A stretch of 64,000 nucleotides of DNA. Origin: Spirochaetaceae bacterium UBA1318 (GTDB lineage Bacteria; Spirochaetota; Spirochaetia; Treponematales; UBA1318). The DNA is taken from assembly GCA_002307015.1 (NCBI GenBank), contig DBTK01000106.1, forward strand, positions 1,647 to 65,646, given 5' to 3'. Shown piece by piece: positions 1-9,754 of the stretch (position 1 is its first letter; the number at the start of each line of letters is the position of its first letter). The position numbers were made by a program, and so were the translations under genes. The notes under the pieces were generated by a model, which was not told the origin of the DNA, did not search any database, and saw nothing but the letters and a program-made list of their open reading frames with translations.

Positions 1-39
1 AAAGGGTCATGACAAGTCCCCGAACCCATCAACGATGCC

Positions 40-60
40 GAAAAGCCCCTGGGGCTTTTC
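40..60. terminator. Inverted repeat, probable intrinsic terminator downstream of the rlmM-like gene
   Basis: GAAAAGCCCC-T-GGGGCTTTTC perfect inverted repeat about 10 nt past the stop at 70; followed by T runs on either strand. Confidence 0.6.
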
Positions 61-69
61 CCTGCGCCG

Positions 70-978
70 CTAGAGCTTGATCCAGGTGAGCTCGTGCTTG
101 TTGTTGTAGAGGTGGACGAGGCTCGAGCCCGGCACCGAGGCGAAGCTCTCGACCGCACGCGAGACCTCGTCGCCCTGCATCTTGACCGTGACGACGAACC
201 GCGAGCAGAGGCCCGAGGCGAGCCAGGCCTCGATCCATTCCCAGAGCTTCTCGGGATAGGCGATGACATCGGAGAACACCCAGTCTGCCCGGCCGATATC
301 CTCGGGTTTGAGGGTGAAGGCCGAGTGCTTGAGGAACTCGACGTTGGGCAGGGCCGCGATACGAGGCTCCAGCGGGGCCCGGTCGATGCTGAGGACCCTG
401 GCGCCGAGCCCCTGGAGGGCCCAGGTCCAGCCTCCCGGGGTCGCTCCCGCGTCGATGCAGCGCTCCCCCGGAGCCGGGTGGGCGCGGGCCCTGGTCAGGG
501 CCTCCCAGAGCTTGAGGTAGGCGCGGCTCGGGGGGCCGAACTTGTCCTCGACGAAGTCGATCTCCCCGTTCGGGAAGGGACTCGAGCAATCGGGAGAGGC
601 GAGAATCGTATTCTCGTCTAGAAGAGTCCACGAACCCATCGGGCTCTCGGGAAGGTCGAAGGGAAAAACCCTCGGTTTCCTCGTCACGAAGGGCAGATTG
701 TCCTGAATCAGCTCCATGCGCCTGAAATTCCTGAAGGCGTAGGGCGCCCAGTTGCGCTGGATGGCCTTCAGCTTTTTCGCGGCGTCAGAGATGGAGGAGA
801 TGGATATCATCTGGGGAGAACGCCAGATGTTCTGGGTCCAGAAGGCCCGCTTGGCAGGCCCCGGTGCGAGGTAAAGCCGCTCGTAGCGGGCCGATGCCTC
901 GCCTATCTCATCGAGCAGGTGCTGCTCGAATCCGTCCGCGGCGAGATAGGCCGCGGCATCGAGGATTTCGTCTGGCAT
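70..978 (-). CDS. FtsJ-type SAM-dependent rRNA 2'-O-methyltransferase, RlmM-like
   Basis: PPSRAYLKLWEA, IDAGATPGGWT (SAM-binding) and VFSDV motifs typical of RlmM/FtsJ. Confidence 0.8.
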   Translation of the reverse strand: MPDEILDAAAYLAADGFEQHLLDEIGEASARYERLYLAPGPAKRAFWTQNIWRSPQMISISSISDAAKKLKAIQRNWAPYAFRNFRRMELIQDNLPFVTRKPRVFPFDLPESPMGSWTLLDENTILASPDCSSPFPNGEIDFVEDKFGPPSRAYLKLWEALTRARAHPAPGERCIDAGATPGGWTWALQGLGARVLSIDRAPLEPRIAALPNVEFLKHSAFTLKPEDIGRADWVFSDVIAYPEKLWEWIEAWLASGLCSRFVVTVKMQGDEVSRAVESFASVPGSSLVHLYNNKHELTWIKL

Positions 979-1331
979 CAGTGGACGCTGGCTCGGCGGA
1001 AACGGCCATAGAAGGAGAGGCAGTCGACGTATCGGGGAAATTCCTCTCCGACGGGGGACTTGTCGACGAGAAAACCGAGAGAAGTCGTTGTATCGTGCTT
1101 CATGATCCAGGCCACGCGGCCCTCCAGGGTAAAAGGAAGAATTCCCACATCCCGTTCGGGAAAAATGCGGACCGAATGAAGCTCGCCCAGATGGACGCTT
1201 GCGACGCCGTCGATTTCGAGCTTGCAGCCGGTAATGCTGATGTCGGCCAATTCGCCCCTGTCACCGGTTTTTTCAATGACGGTTTGAGCATGGCTCTCGA
1301 AACGGGGAGCATTTCTTCGTTCATCGCCCAT
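978..1331 (-). CDS. PilZ domain protein (c-di-GMP receptor)
   Basis: RRNAPR (RxxxR) and DISITG (DxSxxG) motifs; 117 aa; stop overlaps the downstream start. Confidence 0.8.
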   Translation of the reverse strand: MGDERRNAPRFESHAQTVIEKTGDRGELADISITGCKLEIDGVASVHLGELHSVRIFPERDVGILPFTLEGRVAWIMKHDTTTSLGFLVDKSPVGEEFPRYVDCLSFYGRFRRASVH

Positions 1332-1350
1332 ACCGTTCTACCTCGCAAAA

Positions 1351-1391
1351 AGCATACCACCTTGACGCGAAATGTCAATACTAAATAGAAT
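1351..1391. promoter_or_regulatory. Overlapping divergent sigma70-type promoters
   Basis: + strand TTGACG(1362)-N18-TAGAAT(1386); - strand TTGACA(1378-1373)-N16-TATGCT; together they form TTGAC-N7-GTCAA. Confidence 0.5.
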
Positions 1392-1453
1392 CATGCCAGG
1401 CAAGGAACATTCCAATGAGCCAACCTATGTTGGCGACGTTTCCAGGAGAAACA

Positions 1454-3397
1454 ATGGCTCGAATCACGCACCCCGCTACCGGTTTTTACATGGGCGATCC
1501 CGAAGCCCTTCCCCTCGACCGGAAGGCTCCGCCGACCCGGGATGAGGTCTACGCAGCCCTTTCGACGATGATCCTTTCGGCTTCCGGATGGAGAAAGGTA
1601 TTCGCCGCCGACGGAAACGAGGAGAGCCGGGGCGACATCATTTCCGCCGCCGATTGCGCCCTCGTCGGGGCCGCGGCCCTTGCCTTCGCGCGCTACCTCA
1701 AGAAGAAGACGGGAAACGATGCCCCGACCGTCGTGGTCGGCCTCGACACCCGCCCGACGGGGCCCGTCATCGCGGACGCCATGATCCGCGTCCTCATGGG
1801 CGTCGGTATCGCCGTCCGGTACCTCTTCATCGCCGCCGCCCCCGAGATCATGGCCTTCACGAGGAAGGCCGCGGAAAACCCCGAGGCCTCCGGCGGGGCC
1901 AAGCCCGACGGGTTCGTCTACGTGAGCGCGAGCCACAACCCGATCGGCCACAACGGCCTCAAGTTCGGGCTCACCGACGGCGGGGTCCTCGACGGAAAGG
2001 AGGCGAAGCTCCTGATCGACGATTTCCGCTACCTCCTTTCCGGCGAAGGAACGATGGACGCCGTCTGCAAGGCGATGGCCGACTGTCCGGCCCAGGCCCT
2101 CGCCGACGTCTACATCGCCTCGACCCACCAGAAACGCTACGCGATATCGGCCTACACCCTTTTCACCCGCGAGGTCGTCACCGGCTTCGAGGGACTCGAG
2201 GACCAGGAGAGAATACTGGACGCGATAGCCGCCTCCCTCGAGCGGCGCCCCCTCGGCATCCTCGCCGAGCTGAACGGCAGTGCCCGGACGGTTTCCATCG
2301 ACGCGAACTTCCTCACCGGCATCGGGGTCAAGCTCGAGAAGCTCAACGACAGGCCCCGGGAGATCGCGCACCGGATCGTTCCCGAGGGAGAGTCCCTCAA
2401 GACCTGCAGGCAGGTCCTCGAGAAGCTCAACGACGACTCGGACGCCTTCGTCCTCGGCTACGTTCCCGACTGCGACGGGGACCGGGGCAACGTCGTGCTC
2501 TACGACGAAAAGGCCGACGTGATGAGGATTCCCGAGGCCCAGGACGTCTTCGCCCTCTCGGTCCTCGCCGAGCTTTCCTTCCTCGTGTACTCGAAGGCGG
2601 TGAGCTACGGTCCCGACGGCAAGCCCTCGCCAAAGCTCGCGGTCGTCGTGAACGACCCGACCTCGCTCAGGATAGATTCGATAGCCCGCGCCTTCGGCGC
2701 CGAGGTTTTCCGCGCGGAGGTAGGCGAAGCCAACGTGGTCAACCGCGCCCGCGAGGCCCGCGAGGCCGGCTACCTCGTGAAGATCCTGGGGGAAGGCTCG
2801 AACGGCGGCAACATCACCCATCCATCGGCCGTTCGCGACCCGATCGATACCGTCGCCGCCCTCGTCAAGCTCTACGCCCTGAGGGCCTCGACCGGTCTCA
2901 AGGGAGTCTACGAGATCTGGTGCGATAAGTCCGGAACGAGCTACAACTCCGAGTTCGGTTTCGCCGACATCCTCGCCTCCCTCCCGAAGTACAGCTGCAC
3001 GAGCGCCTTCGAGCCCGAGGCCGCCATGACGGTCAAGACCGCCGACCACGGCGTCCTCAAGGAACGCTACGAGAGGATCTTCCTCCGCGACTGGCCGGAA
3101 CGGCTCGAGGAGCTGAAAAAACGCTTCGGCGTCGTTTCATGGAGGGCTTTCGCCTACAACGGCACGGCCGAGCGGCCCCTCGCCGGGAACTTCGGCCTCT
3201 CGGGCAAGGGGGGCCTCAAGATCCTGCTCCTCGGCGAGGAGGGCGACGCCCGGGGCTCGCTCTGGATGCGCGGGTCGGGCACGGAAGCCATCTTCAGGAT
3301 CATGGCCGAGATCGCCGGGAACGACCGGGAGGGAGAGCGCTGGCTCCTCGCCTGGCAGGCTGCGATGATCACCGAGGCCGACGGCGCAGTGACCTGA
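1454..3397 (+). CDS. Phosphoglucomutase/phosphomannomutase family (alpha-D-phosphohexomutase)
   Basis: SASHNP catalytic serine loop, DCDGDR metal loop, MRGSGTE; GGAG RBS before ATG 1454. Confidence 0.85.
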   Translation: MARITHPATGFYMGDPEALPLDRKAPPTRDEVYAALSTMILSASGWRKVFAADGNEESRGDIISAADCALVGAAALAFARYLKKKTGNDAPTVVVGLDTRPTGPVIADAMIRVLMGVGIAVRYLFIAAAPEIMAFTRKAAENPEASGGAKPDGFVYVSASHNPIGHNGLKFGLTDGGVLDGKEAKLLIDDFRYLLSGEGTMDAVCKAMADCPAQALADVYIASTHQKRYAISAYTLFTREVVTGFEGLEDQERILDAIAASLERRPLGILAELNGSARTVSIDANFLTGIGVKLEKLNDRPREIAHRIVPEGESLKTCRQVLEKLNDDSDAFVLGYVPDCDGDRGNVVLYDEKADVMRIPEAQDVFALSVLAELSFLVYSKAVSYGPDGKPSPKLAVVVNDPTSLRIDSIARAFGAEVFRAEVGEANVVNRAREAREAGYLVKILGEGSNGGNITHPSAVRDPIDTVAALVKLYALRASTGLKGVYEIWCDKSGTSYNSEFGFADILASLPKYSCTSAFEPEAAMTVKTADHGVLKERYERIFLRDWPERLEELKKRFGVVSWRAFAYNGTAERPLAGNFGLSGKGGLKILLLGEEGDARGSLWMRGSGTEAIFRIMAEIAGNDREGERWLLAWQAAMITEADGAVT

Positions 3398-3442
3398 AGC
3401 TTGTTGAAATAGCGCACGAAATCCGCACGAAAAGGAGACGAT

Positions 3443-4432
3443 ATGAAACCGGTACGATTGGGGGTGTTGGGCGTATCCAACCATTTTATCAAGCGCTGTC
3501 TCGTTCCTCTCAAAAAACTCGAGACGGTCGAGCTTTACGGCATCGCGTCGCGATCCCAGGACAAGGCGGATGAAGCCGCGAAGAGGCTGGGCATTCCGAA
3601 GGGCTACGGCTCCTACCAGTCCCTGATCGACGACAAGTCGATCGAAATGGTCTACATCCCGCTGCCCAACCACCTGCACATGGAATGGATCAAGAAGGCG
3701 GCCGACGCCGGGAAGCACATCGTCTGCGAGAAGCCCCTCGCCATGAGCGCGGGGGAGACGGAAGAGGCGGCAGCCTACGCCCAGAAAAAGGGGGTCCTCC
3801 TGATGGAGGCCTTCATGTACCGCTTCCATCCCCAGTGGAAACGTGCCCGCGAGATCATCCTCACGGGCGAACTCGGATCCGTCGTTTCGATCAACAGCTT
3901 TTTCAGCTACGACCTCCGGGATCCGCTCAACATCAGGAACATCCCGGAAGCCGGCGGCGGGGCGATACCGGACATCGGCTGCTACGCCGTGTCATCGGCG
4001 CGATTCCTCGCCGGCGCCGAGCCGAAACGGGTCGTCGCCCTCCTCGACTACGACCCGGTGTTCAAGACCGACGTCCTGAGCTCGGCCATCCTGGATTTCG
4101 GCGGACCCCGTGCCGTGTTCACCGTGTCGACCCAGTGCTACCCGGCCCAGTATGTCGAGGCCCACTGCACGGGCGGGGAGCTCAGGGTCGAGCTCCCCTT
4201 CAACGCCTACCCGGACGTCCCTTCGGTGGTGACGGTCAGGAACGGGATCGGAGAGAGGAAGGTGGCACTGGCGCCGGTGGATCAGTACGCCTGCGAGTTC
4301 GATGAATTCGCCCTCGCCGTCCGCGCGGGAAGCCCCTCGCCCCTCCCGATCGCCGACGCCGTCGCAAACCAGCGGGTGCTGGACGCGCTCTACGCCTCGG
4401 CGAAATCGGGCGGCTGGACGGCGGTACGATAG
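3443..4432 (+). CDS. Gfo/Idh/MocA family oxidoreductase
   Basis: N-terminal Rossmann fold, HIVCEKPLA, EAFMYRFHPQW, GGGAIPDIGCY; AAGGAG RBS. Confidence 0.9.
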   Translation: MKPVRLGVLGVSNHFIKRCLVPLKKLETVELYGIASRSQDKADEAAKRLGIPKGYGSYQSLIDDKSIEMVYIPLPNHLHMEWIKKAADAGKHIVCEKPLAMSAGETEEAAAYAQKKGVLLMEAFMYRFHPQWKRAREIILTGELGSVVSINSFFSYDLRDPLNIRNIPEAGGGAIPDIGCYAVSSARFLAGAEPKRVVALLDYDPVFKTDVLSSAILDFGGPRAVFTVSTQCYPAQYVEAHCTGGELRVELPFNAYPDVPSVVTVRNGIGERKVALAPVDQYACEFDEFALAVRAGSPSPLPIADAVANQRVLDALYASAKSGGWTAVR

Positions 4433-4493
4433 TCAGCGGAACAATCGCGGGTCGAGGCCGCTCACGATTCGCACGAAGCGCGAGCGGCTCCGG

Positions 4494-5747
4494 CTACGGC
4501 AGCTTCTTGAGGATATCGTCGGCCTTGGGACCGAACTTGTCCGGACTCGAGGCCTTCGATGCGGTAAGGTAGGTCTTCGCCTCGTCCAGCTTGTCCTGGA
4601 CGTAGGCGTTGATCCCGAGGGCGTAGTTGACGAGCCCCTTGTCCCCCCCCATCTGCAGGGCTGTCTTGTAGTAGTAATCGGCCAGCGAGTAATCCTTCTT
4701 CGCATAGGCCATCAATCCCAGATAGTAGTACGGGATGTCATCGGTTTCGTTCATCGCGATGGCATCCAGGAAGGCGGTCTCGGCCTCCTGGTATTTCTTC
4801 GCCTCGTAGAGCGAGACGGCGGCGGACACCGTTTCGGCGAAGGTCAGGCGCTGGGAAAGATAGCTCTGGAAATCGGCCTTGAACTTGTCCTTGCCGATCC
4901 AGGCGACGGCGCGCGCTACCGAGGAAGCCGTCGTCTCATCGAGGCTAGCCGTGGGCGAAAGCGAGGAAATCGAGTCCCAGAGAAAGCGGTTGTACTCCCG
5001 CTTGTCGGTCGACACGAGGAAGGAGACGAGGGCCCAGAGCTGGGGGTAGGCCGTATCCATCTTGGTGACGAGGGCCTCGGGCTTCAGGTCGAGAAGGGTC
5101 AGGGGATCGAGGGCCCGGGCTGGATCCTTCTGCAGCGACTTCGCCGATTCGAGCCACTCGAGGTTTTCCGCGAAGGAAAGCCCCCCCGTCGGGGTATCGT
5201 AATACGCGGTCTCGAAAAAGGCGGCGAAGCCCTCCCGAAGCCAGACGGGCGGATTTTCGACGAAGGCCTGCATGTACTGGGAAAACAGGATGTGGGAGAA
5301 TGAAACCGAAAAATCCGGCTTTTCCTTGTCGTAGCAGACCATCTCCGACTTGTCCTTGGACTGGTAACGGAGAAACACGAAATCGGCGCGGCTCTCGCCC
5401 GCGGCGGATTTCAGGTAGGCGTCGAAGGCATCCTTCTTCCCGAAATGCCTGATGTTCAGGCGATGGTCCAGCCGCCCGACGTCGAAATGGAAATAGTCCT
5501 GGTAGAGGGCGAACAGGGCTTCGGCGTTCTTGCCCAGGAAATACGCGGCGTCATGCCCGGTATCGGTGATGATGCGGTAATGGTCGGTTTCCATCGTGTA
5601 GGTCTGCGCCGTCTTGTCGGCGGAAGCCGCCGCCTTAACGGCAGTCCCTGCCGCCTTAACGGCGGTCCCCGCCTCCTGATCGGCGAACGCCAATGCCGCT
5701 GCCGCCAGGAAAACAAGGACGACGATCGAACGTAGTGGTTTTTTCAT
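4494..5747 (-). CDS. Exported protein with peptidase-MA-like domain and C-terminal TPR repeats
   Basis: Signal peptide; PVWLREGFAAFFE gluzincin-like motif; AYPQLWALVSFL; TPR helices (YYYLG, YALG); GGGAGG RBS. Confidence 0.7.
   Translation of the reverse strand: MKKPLRSIVVLVFLAAAALAFADQEAGTAVKAAGTAVKAAASADKTAQTYTMETDHYRIITDTGHDAAYFLGKNAEALFALYQDYFHFDVGRLDHRLNIRHFGKKDAFDAYLKSAAGESRADFVFLRYQSKDKSEMVCYDKEKPDFSVSFSHILFSQYMQAFVENPPVWLREGFAAFFETAYYDTPTGGLSFAENLEWLESAKSLQKDPARALDPLTLLDLKPEALVTKMDTAYPQLWALVSFLVSTDKREYNRFLWDSISSLSPTASLDETTASSVARAVAWIGKDKFKADFQSYLSQRLTFAETVSAAVSLYEAKKYQEAETAFLDAIAMNETDDIPYYYLGLMAYAKKDYSLADYYYKTALQMGGDKGLVNYALGINAYVQDKLDEAKTYLTASKASSPDKFGPKADDILKKLP
5629..5673. repeat. 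21-bp in-frame tandem duplication (AGTAVKA x2)
   Basis: gccgccttaacggcagtccct / gccgccttaacggcggtcccc. Confidence 0.85.
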
Positions 5748-5765
5748 GGTGCCTCCCCGAACAAT

Positions 5766-6632
5766 TCACGAAGGGTTTGATATCTTGTCTATGATTATAT
5801 TCACTTCCTCGATCATTATGCCCGTATATTTTTCGATGTTTTCGATAATATACTCCTGAAGGTTGTGAATGTGGCCCGAAAGCTGGGTTCCGAAGGGAAC
5901 GTCGATCGTGATGACGAGGCGATAGCCCTGGGATTCTGACCGAACGGTGATCTTCTTGATCCGGATGTTCTCGTTGTACTCGTCGACGCAGTGGATGACC
6001 ATCTGGGTCAGCGCCGCCTCCGAAATCGTGACCTTCCCGTGCTTGGAGTACTCGGGACGAACCACCGCCTTCTCGTAAAGCTTCGGATTCGGGATCGGGC
6101 TGAAATTCGTCTTGAGGAAAACGCGGATCGAATCGTAGAAGATCTGGGGATAGTTCGTCTTCACTTCGACGGCGGGAACCGGGATGACGTGCTTGCCCTC
6201 GACGGCCCTCACCCGCATCGCGCGCTCGATCTCCTCGCTCGAGGCGATCTCCTCGATCTTGATGATCCTCGCCGGCTTTGGCAGGTTGAGCCTCTCGGCT
6301 ATCCGGTACACCATCTTGTCCGAGGTCCCCAGGATGAGGACGCTCTTGAACTTGTGGTGTTCCAGGGCCTTGATGACCTCGTTCCGATGCTCTTCGTTGT
6401 CGAAAAGCGCGGCCTTGATGGCGGCGAGGAAGGCCTGCTCCCGCTTCGCCGATTTTCCCGCGAGTATGCTGTTGTTTCCGATCAGGAGACCGTCGTCGAT
6501 GATGAGGTCGATGCCGTCCTTCTGCGCGACGAGCTTGGCACGGAAGCTTTTCCCCGTTCCGCTTTCGCCGACGAGCGCGTAGACGAGGACGCCCTTGACG
6601 AGCCAGTACAATTCCCGAAAAACCCGCAACAT
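5766..6632 (-). CDS. P-loop NTPase/kinase fused to C-terminal Asp23/Gls24-like domain
   Basis: Walker A GESGTGKS, LIIDDG; C-terminal GKVTISEAAL...IEKYTGIMIEEVNIII Asp23-like pattern. Confidence 0.7.
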   Translation of the reverse strand: MLRVFRELYWLVKGVLVYALVGESGTGKSFRAKLVAQKDGIDLIIDDGLLIGNNSILAGKSAKREQAFLAAIKAALFDNEEHRNEVIKALEHHKFKSVLILGTSDKMVYRIAERLNLPKPARIIKIEEIASSEEIERAMRVRAVEGKHVIPVPAVEVKTNYPQIFYDSIRVFLKTNFSPIPNPKLYEKAVVRPEYSKHGKVTISEAALTQMVIHCVDEYNENIRIKKITVRSESQGYRLVITIDVPFGTQLSGHIHNLQEYIIENIEKYTGIMIEEVNIIIDKISNPS

Positions 6633-6704
6633 GACGGATCAATAATATCGTATCACCAGATCTTTGTCAGTAAACGATGATAAATATTGGAAATTGGACT
6701 CCGT

Positions 6705-7778
6705 TCAGGACGAACCGATGGATTCGAGGGCACTGGATCCGAACATGATCTCGACGGACCGGAGGAAGTAATCGGGTACCCGAGCGCGAATCTCGGCGGG
6801 CAGGCCCGGATACCGGTCCTCCTCCCTGAAGCGGAGGACGGCCGCATGAAGGAGGTAGGGCGCGGACGACGCGGCCGGGGGAGTCCGGCTCGATCCGTAC
6901 TTGCGATCCCCGAGAAGGGGATGGCCGTGGATCGAGGCCTGGACCCGGATCTGATGGGTCCTCCCCGTCTTTATCGTCACGAGGAGGAGGCTCGCTCCCG
7001 CCGAGACGGCGAGGGGCCGGGCCTCGGCCGAGGCGAGGGACGGGGCGTCGTCTCCCGTTCGGGGAAGCGCTTCGGGCGAAGAGCCCTGTCCATCGCCTCG
7101 CTTTTCCGGCTCTCCCGCGGCACGGCTCACCCCCAGGACGCGGTCGCGGACGATCTCATCCTCCCAGAGCTCGGGCGATTCGAACCGCCCCTCGACGACA
7201 GCCAGATATTCCTTGACGAGCCGGCCTTCGGCGATCAGGGTCGAGAAAAACCGTGCGCCCTCGAGGGAGCGGGAAAAGCAGAGGACCCCCGAGGTGTTCG
7301 TGTCCAGACGATGGAGGGGACCGGGCCTGAACGAAAGCGACGGGTTCAGGCTCGGGGCGAGGTAGGCTGAGACGGCATCCCCGAGACTGCCCTTTCCGTG
7401 GACCCGAAAACCGGCGCTCTTGTTCACGAAGAGAAGCCGGTCATCCTCATGAATGACGTCGACCGGGGGAGCTGCAGCCGAACGGGCACCAGGTCCGGCC
7501 GGAACGGACGACTCGGCGGTCTCCGGGCGATCGGGCTTTCCTCCGGCGGCGCTTCCGGAATCCGCGAGGCCCGCGAGCACCGCGACGGTATCGCCCGCTT
7601 TCACCCGGTCCTCGCCCCCGGCCTTGCGGCCGTTCAGCCTGACGGCACCCGACCTGATGGCCCGGTACACGGCGGAGAGCGGCAGATCGGGAAGAAGGCG
7701 CCGCACGAGCCGGTCGAGGCGACGGTCGTCGTCGTCGCGGGCGGCGGTGAACAGGGTGAATCCAGCGGGATAGGACAC
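6705..7778 (-). CDS. RluA/RluC family pseudouridine synthase with S4 domain
   Basis: RRLDRLVR S4 start, VNKSAG, HRLDTNTSG (catalytic Asp), TGRTHQIR, HPLLGDRKYG. Confidence 0.9.
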   Translation of the reverse strand: MSYPAGFTLFTAARDDDDRRLDRLVRRLLPDLPLSAVYRAIRSGAVRLNGRKAGGEDRVKAGDTVAVLAGLADSGSAAGGKPDRPETAESSVPAGPGARSAAAPPVDVIHEDDRLLFVNKSAGFRVHGKGSLGDAVSAYLAPSLNPSLSFRPGPLHRLDTNTSGVLCFSRSLEGARFFSTLIAEGRLVKEYLAVVEGRFESPELWEDEIVRDRVLGVSRAAGEPEKRGDGQGSSPEALPRTGDDAPSLASAEARPLAVSAGASLLLVTIKTGRTHQIRVQASIHGHPLLGDRKYGSSRTPPAASSAPYLLHAAVLRFREEDRYPGLPAEIRARVPDYFLRSVEIMFGSSALESIGSS

Positions 7779-7793
7779 GTCGGCGGTTCCGGA

Positions 7794-8954
7794 CTACGCC
7801 CCGTTCGCTTCGAGCGAGACGAGGGTTTCGATGTGGGAGGTTTGGGGATAGAAATCGTAGAGGCTCAGCGACGCGATCCTGAAGGCGGGCTTCCCGCCCG
7901 AAGACCCGCAGAGGTCGCCGAGGTCGCGGGCGAGGGTGACCGGGTCGCAGGAGAGGTAGCGGAGCTTCGCGGGCCGGGAACGTTTCAGGAAACCCCTCAC
8001 CGGCTCGGTGAGCCCCGTCCTCGGGGGATCGACGACGACCGCATCGAAGTTCCCGGCGGCCGGCGTCAGGACCCACTCCTCGGCGGGGAGGTCGTGGAAA
8101 TCGGCTGAGGGAACGTTGGTGCGCGCCATGGCGACGGCGTGGGGGTTGTGCTCGACGCCGACGGCCGTGCCGAAACGGTCGGCGAGGAAAGCGGTGAAGG
8201 TGCCGACGCCGCAGTAGAGGTCGAGAACTCGATCGCCCGAAAGCCCGTCGAGGAGCTCCGGGACCAGGGAGGAGAGCATGTCGACGTTGCTCTGGAAAAA
8301 CCCCTTGAGGTGAAACCGGATCCGTTTTTCCGCGATCGGCACCGTCACCACCGTTTCCCGGCCCTCGACGGCCGTCCAGCCGTCGTAGCCGAAAACGAGG
8401 AAGCGGTTCTTGCCGGCGAGGGGGCTCTGTTTACCCCATTCGATCCCGGAAATCTCGCGGTTTTTCGCCATCCAGTCCTGGACGGCGACAGCCGCGATGG
8501 GGCAGTCGCTCACCGGGACGACGAGGCTCGAGGCCTTCCTCATGAAGCCGATGGTGCCGTCGGAGGCGGCGTGAAACTGCACGCGGTTGCGGTAGGCGAA
8601 GGCCCGGGACGCGACGGTCCTGATCGCCCCGGCCTCGAGCTTCCCGATCCGGGTGAGGGCTTCCCTGAGTATGGTTTCCTTGATTTCGAGTTGGCGTTCG
8701 TACCGGAGGTGCTGGAGGTTGCATCCCCCGCAGATCCGGTAGACCGGGCAGGGAGGCTCGACCCGGTCAGGCGAGGCTTCCGTGATCTCGGGGATTCCGG
8801 CGATCAGGAAATCCCGCCTGTCCTCGGCGATGTCGCACTGCACCGTCTCGCCCGGAACGGAAAACGGCACGAATACCGCCTTTCCGTCAAGGAAGGCGAG
8901 GCCGTCCCCGCCCGCCACGATTTTCTCTACCGTCAGCGTTACCGGTTGACTCAT
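7794..8954 (-). CDS. rlmD: 23S rRNA m5U methyltransferase RlmD/RumA family with TRAM domain
   Basis: TRAM N-terminus, CPVYRICGGC Fe-S motif, FFQSN, LDLYCGVG, VDPPRTG, YLSCDP, DFYPQTSHIE. Confidence 0.85.
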   Translation of the reverse strand: MSQPVTLTVEKIVAGGDGLAFLDGKAVFVPFSVPGETVQCDIAEDRRDFLIAGIPEITEASPDRVEPPCPVYRICGGCNLQHLRYERQLEIKETILREALTRIGKLEAGAIRTVASRAFAYRNRVQFHAASDGTIGFMRKASSLVVPVSDCPIAAVAVQDWMAKNREISGIEWGKQSPLAGKNRFLVFGYDGWTAVEGRETVVTVPIAEKRIRFHLKGFFQSNVDMLSSLVPELLDGLSGDRVLDLYCGVGTFTAFLADRFGTAVGVEHNPHAVAMARTNVPSADFHDLPAEEWVLTPAAGNFDAVVVDPPRTGLTEPVRGFLKRSRPAKLRYLSCDPVTLARDLGDLCGSSGGKPAFRIASLSLYDFYPQTSHIETLVSLEANGA

Positions 8955-9012
8955 ACGGCCAGACTATACACTATTTAATTCGCTTCGTCACGTTGGGCGG
9001 GCAGGGGGAACC

Positions 9013-9699
9013 ATGAAGAAAATCGCGGTCATCATCGCGGTGGATGCCGAGGCCAAGCGGATAGTCGGAAACGGGTATTTCCGGTGGAGGGAAACCCGCC
9101 CAGGTTTCCATGAATCGGCTACCCTTCCCCTTTCCCTCGCGGTTACCGGGGTCGGCAAGGCCTACGCGGCCTGGGGCTTCGCCCTCGCCTCGGCGGGAGC
9201 CGAACTGGTCGTTTCGCTCGGAACCTCGGGAGGTCTCGGCGGCGAGGCGATCGGCGACCTCTACCTCTGCGGCGAGTTCGTCGAACACGACATGAACGTG
9301 GAAACCCTGGGCTTTCCCGAGGGCGTCACACCCTACTCGGGCATGAAGGAGCCGGTCATCAGGCCCTGCACCGAGGCGACGCTCGCCTTCGCGGAAAAGG
9401 CCCTCGCCCGGGCCGGTTTGGAGGCGAAACGAGGCCGGTCCGTCTCGGGAGACCGGTTCATGACCGACGCGGTCGAATCGGCGGCCATGAGGGACCGGTT
9501 CGAGGCGAACCTCTGCGACATGGAGTCGGCCGCCATCGCCAAGCTCTGCGCGACGAAAACGGGCCAGGAGTTTTTCGCCCTTCGCTTCATATCGGACAAC
9601 GCGAACCACGAATCGAAGCTTTCCTGGCGGGAGAACGTCGAGCGGTCGGCTGTCGATTTCGACCTCTACCTCCGCGCCCTGATCGAAACGGCCGATTGA
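9013..9699 (+). CDS. mtnN: 5'-methylthioadenosine/S-adenosylhomocysteine nucleosidase
   Basis: TGVGKAYAA, SGDRF, DMESAAIA, LRFISDNA motifs. Confidence 0.8.
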   Translation: MKKIAVIIAVDAEAKRIVGNGYFRWRETRPGFHESATLPLSLAVTGVGKAYAAWGFALASAGAELVVSLGTSGGLGGEAIGDLYLCGEFVEHDMNVETLGFPEGVTPYSGMKEPVIRPCTEATLAFAEKALARAGLEAKRGRSVSGDRFMTDAVESAAMRDRFEANLCDMESAAIAKLCATKTGQEFFALRFISDNANHESKLSWRENVERSAVDFDLYLRALIETAD

Positions 9700-9754
9700 T
9701 CCCGGGCAATTCCCGACGCGAGGGCGTACCCAAGCTTCATGACACGGATGGCCC

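Noticed and set aside
3413-3432. CGCACGAAA tandem upstream of the oxidoreductase, with a similar word near 4470
   Set aside because: Too short to distinguish from chance
6633-6650. Leaderless promoter for the P-loop/Asp23 gene
   Set aside because: TATTAT is 9 nt from the ATG rather than 6, so not counted in the pattern
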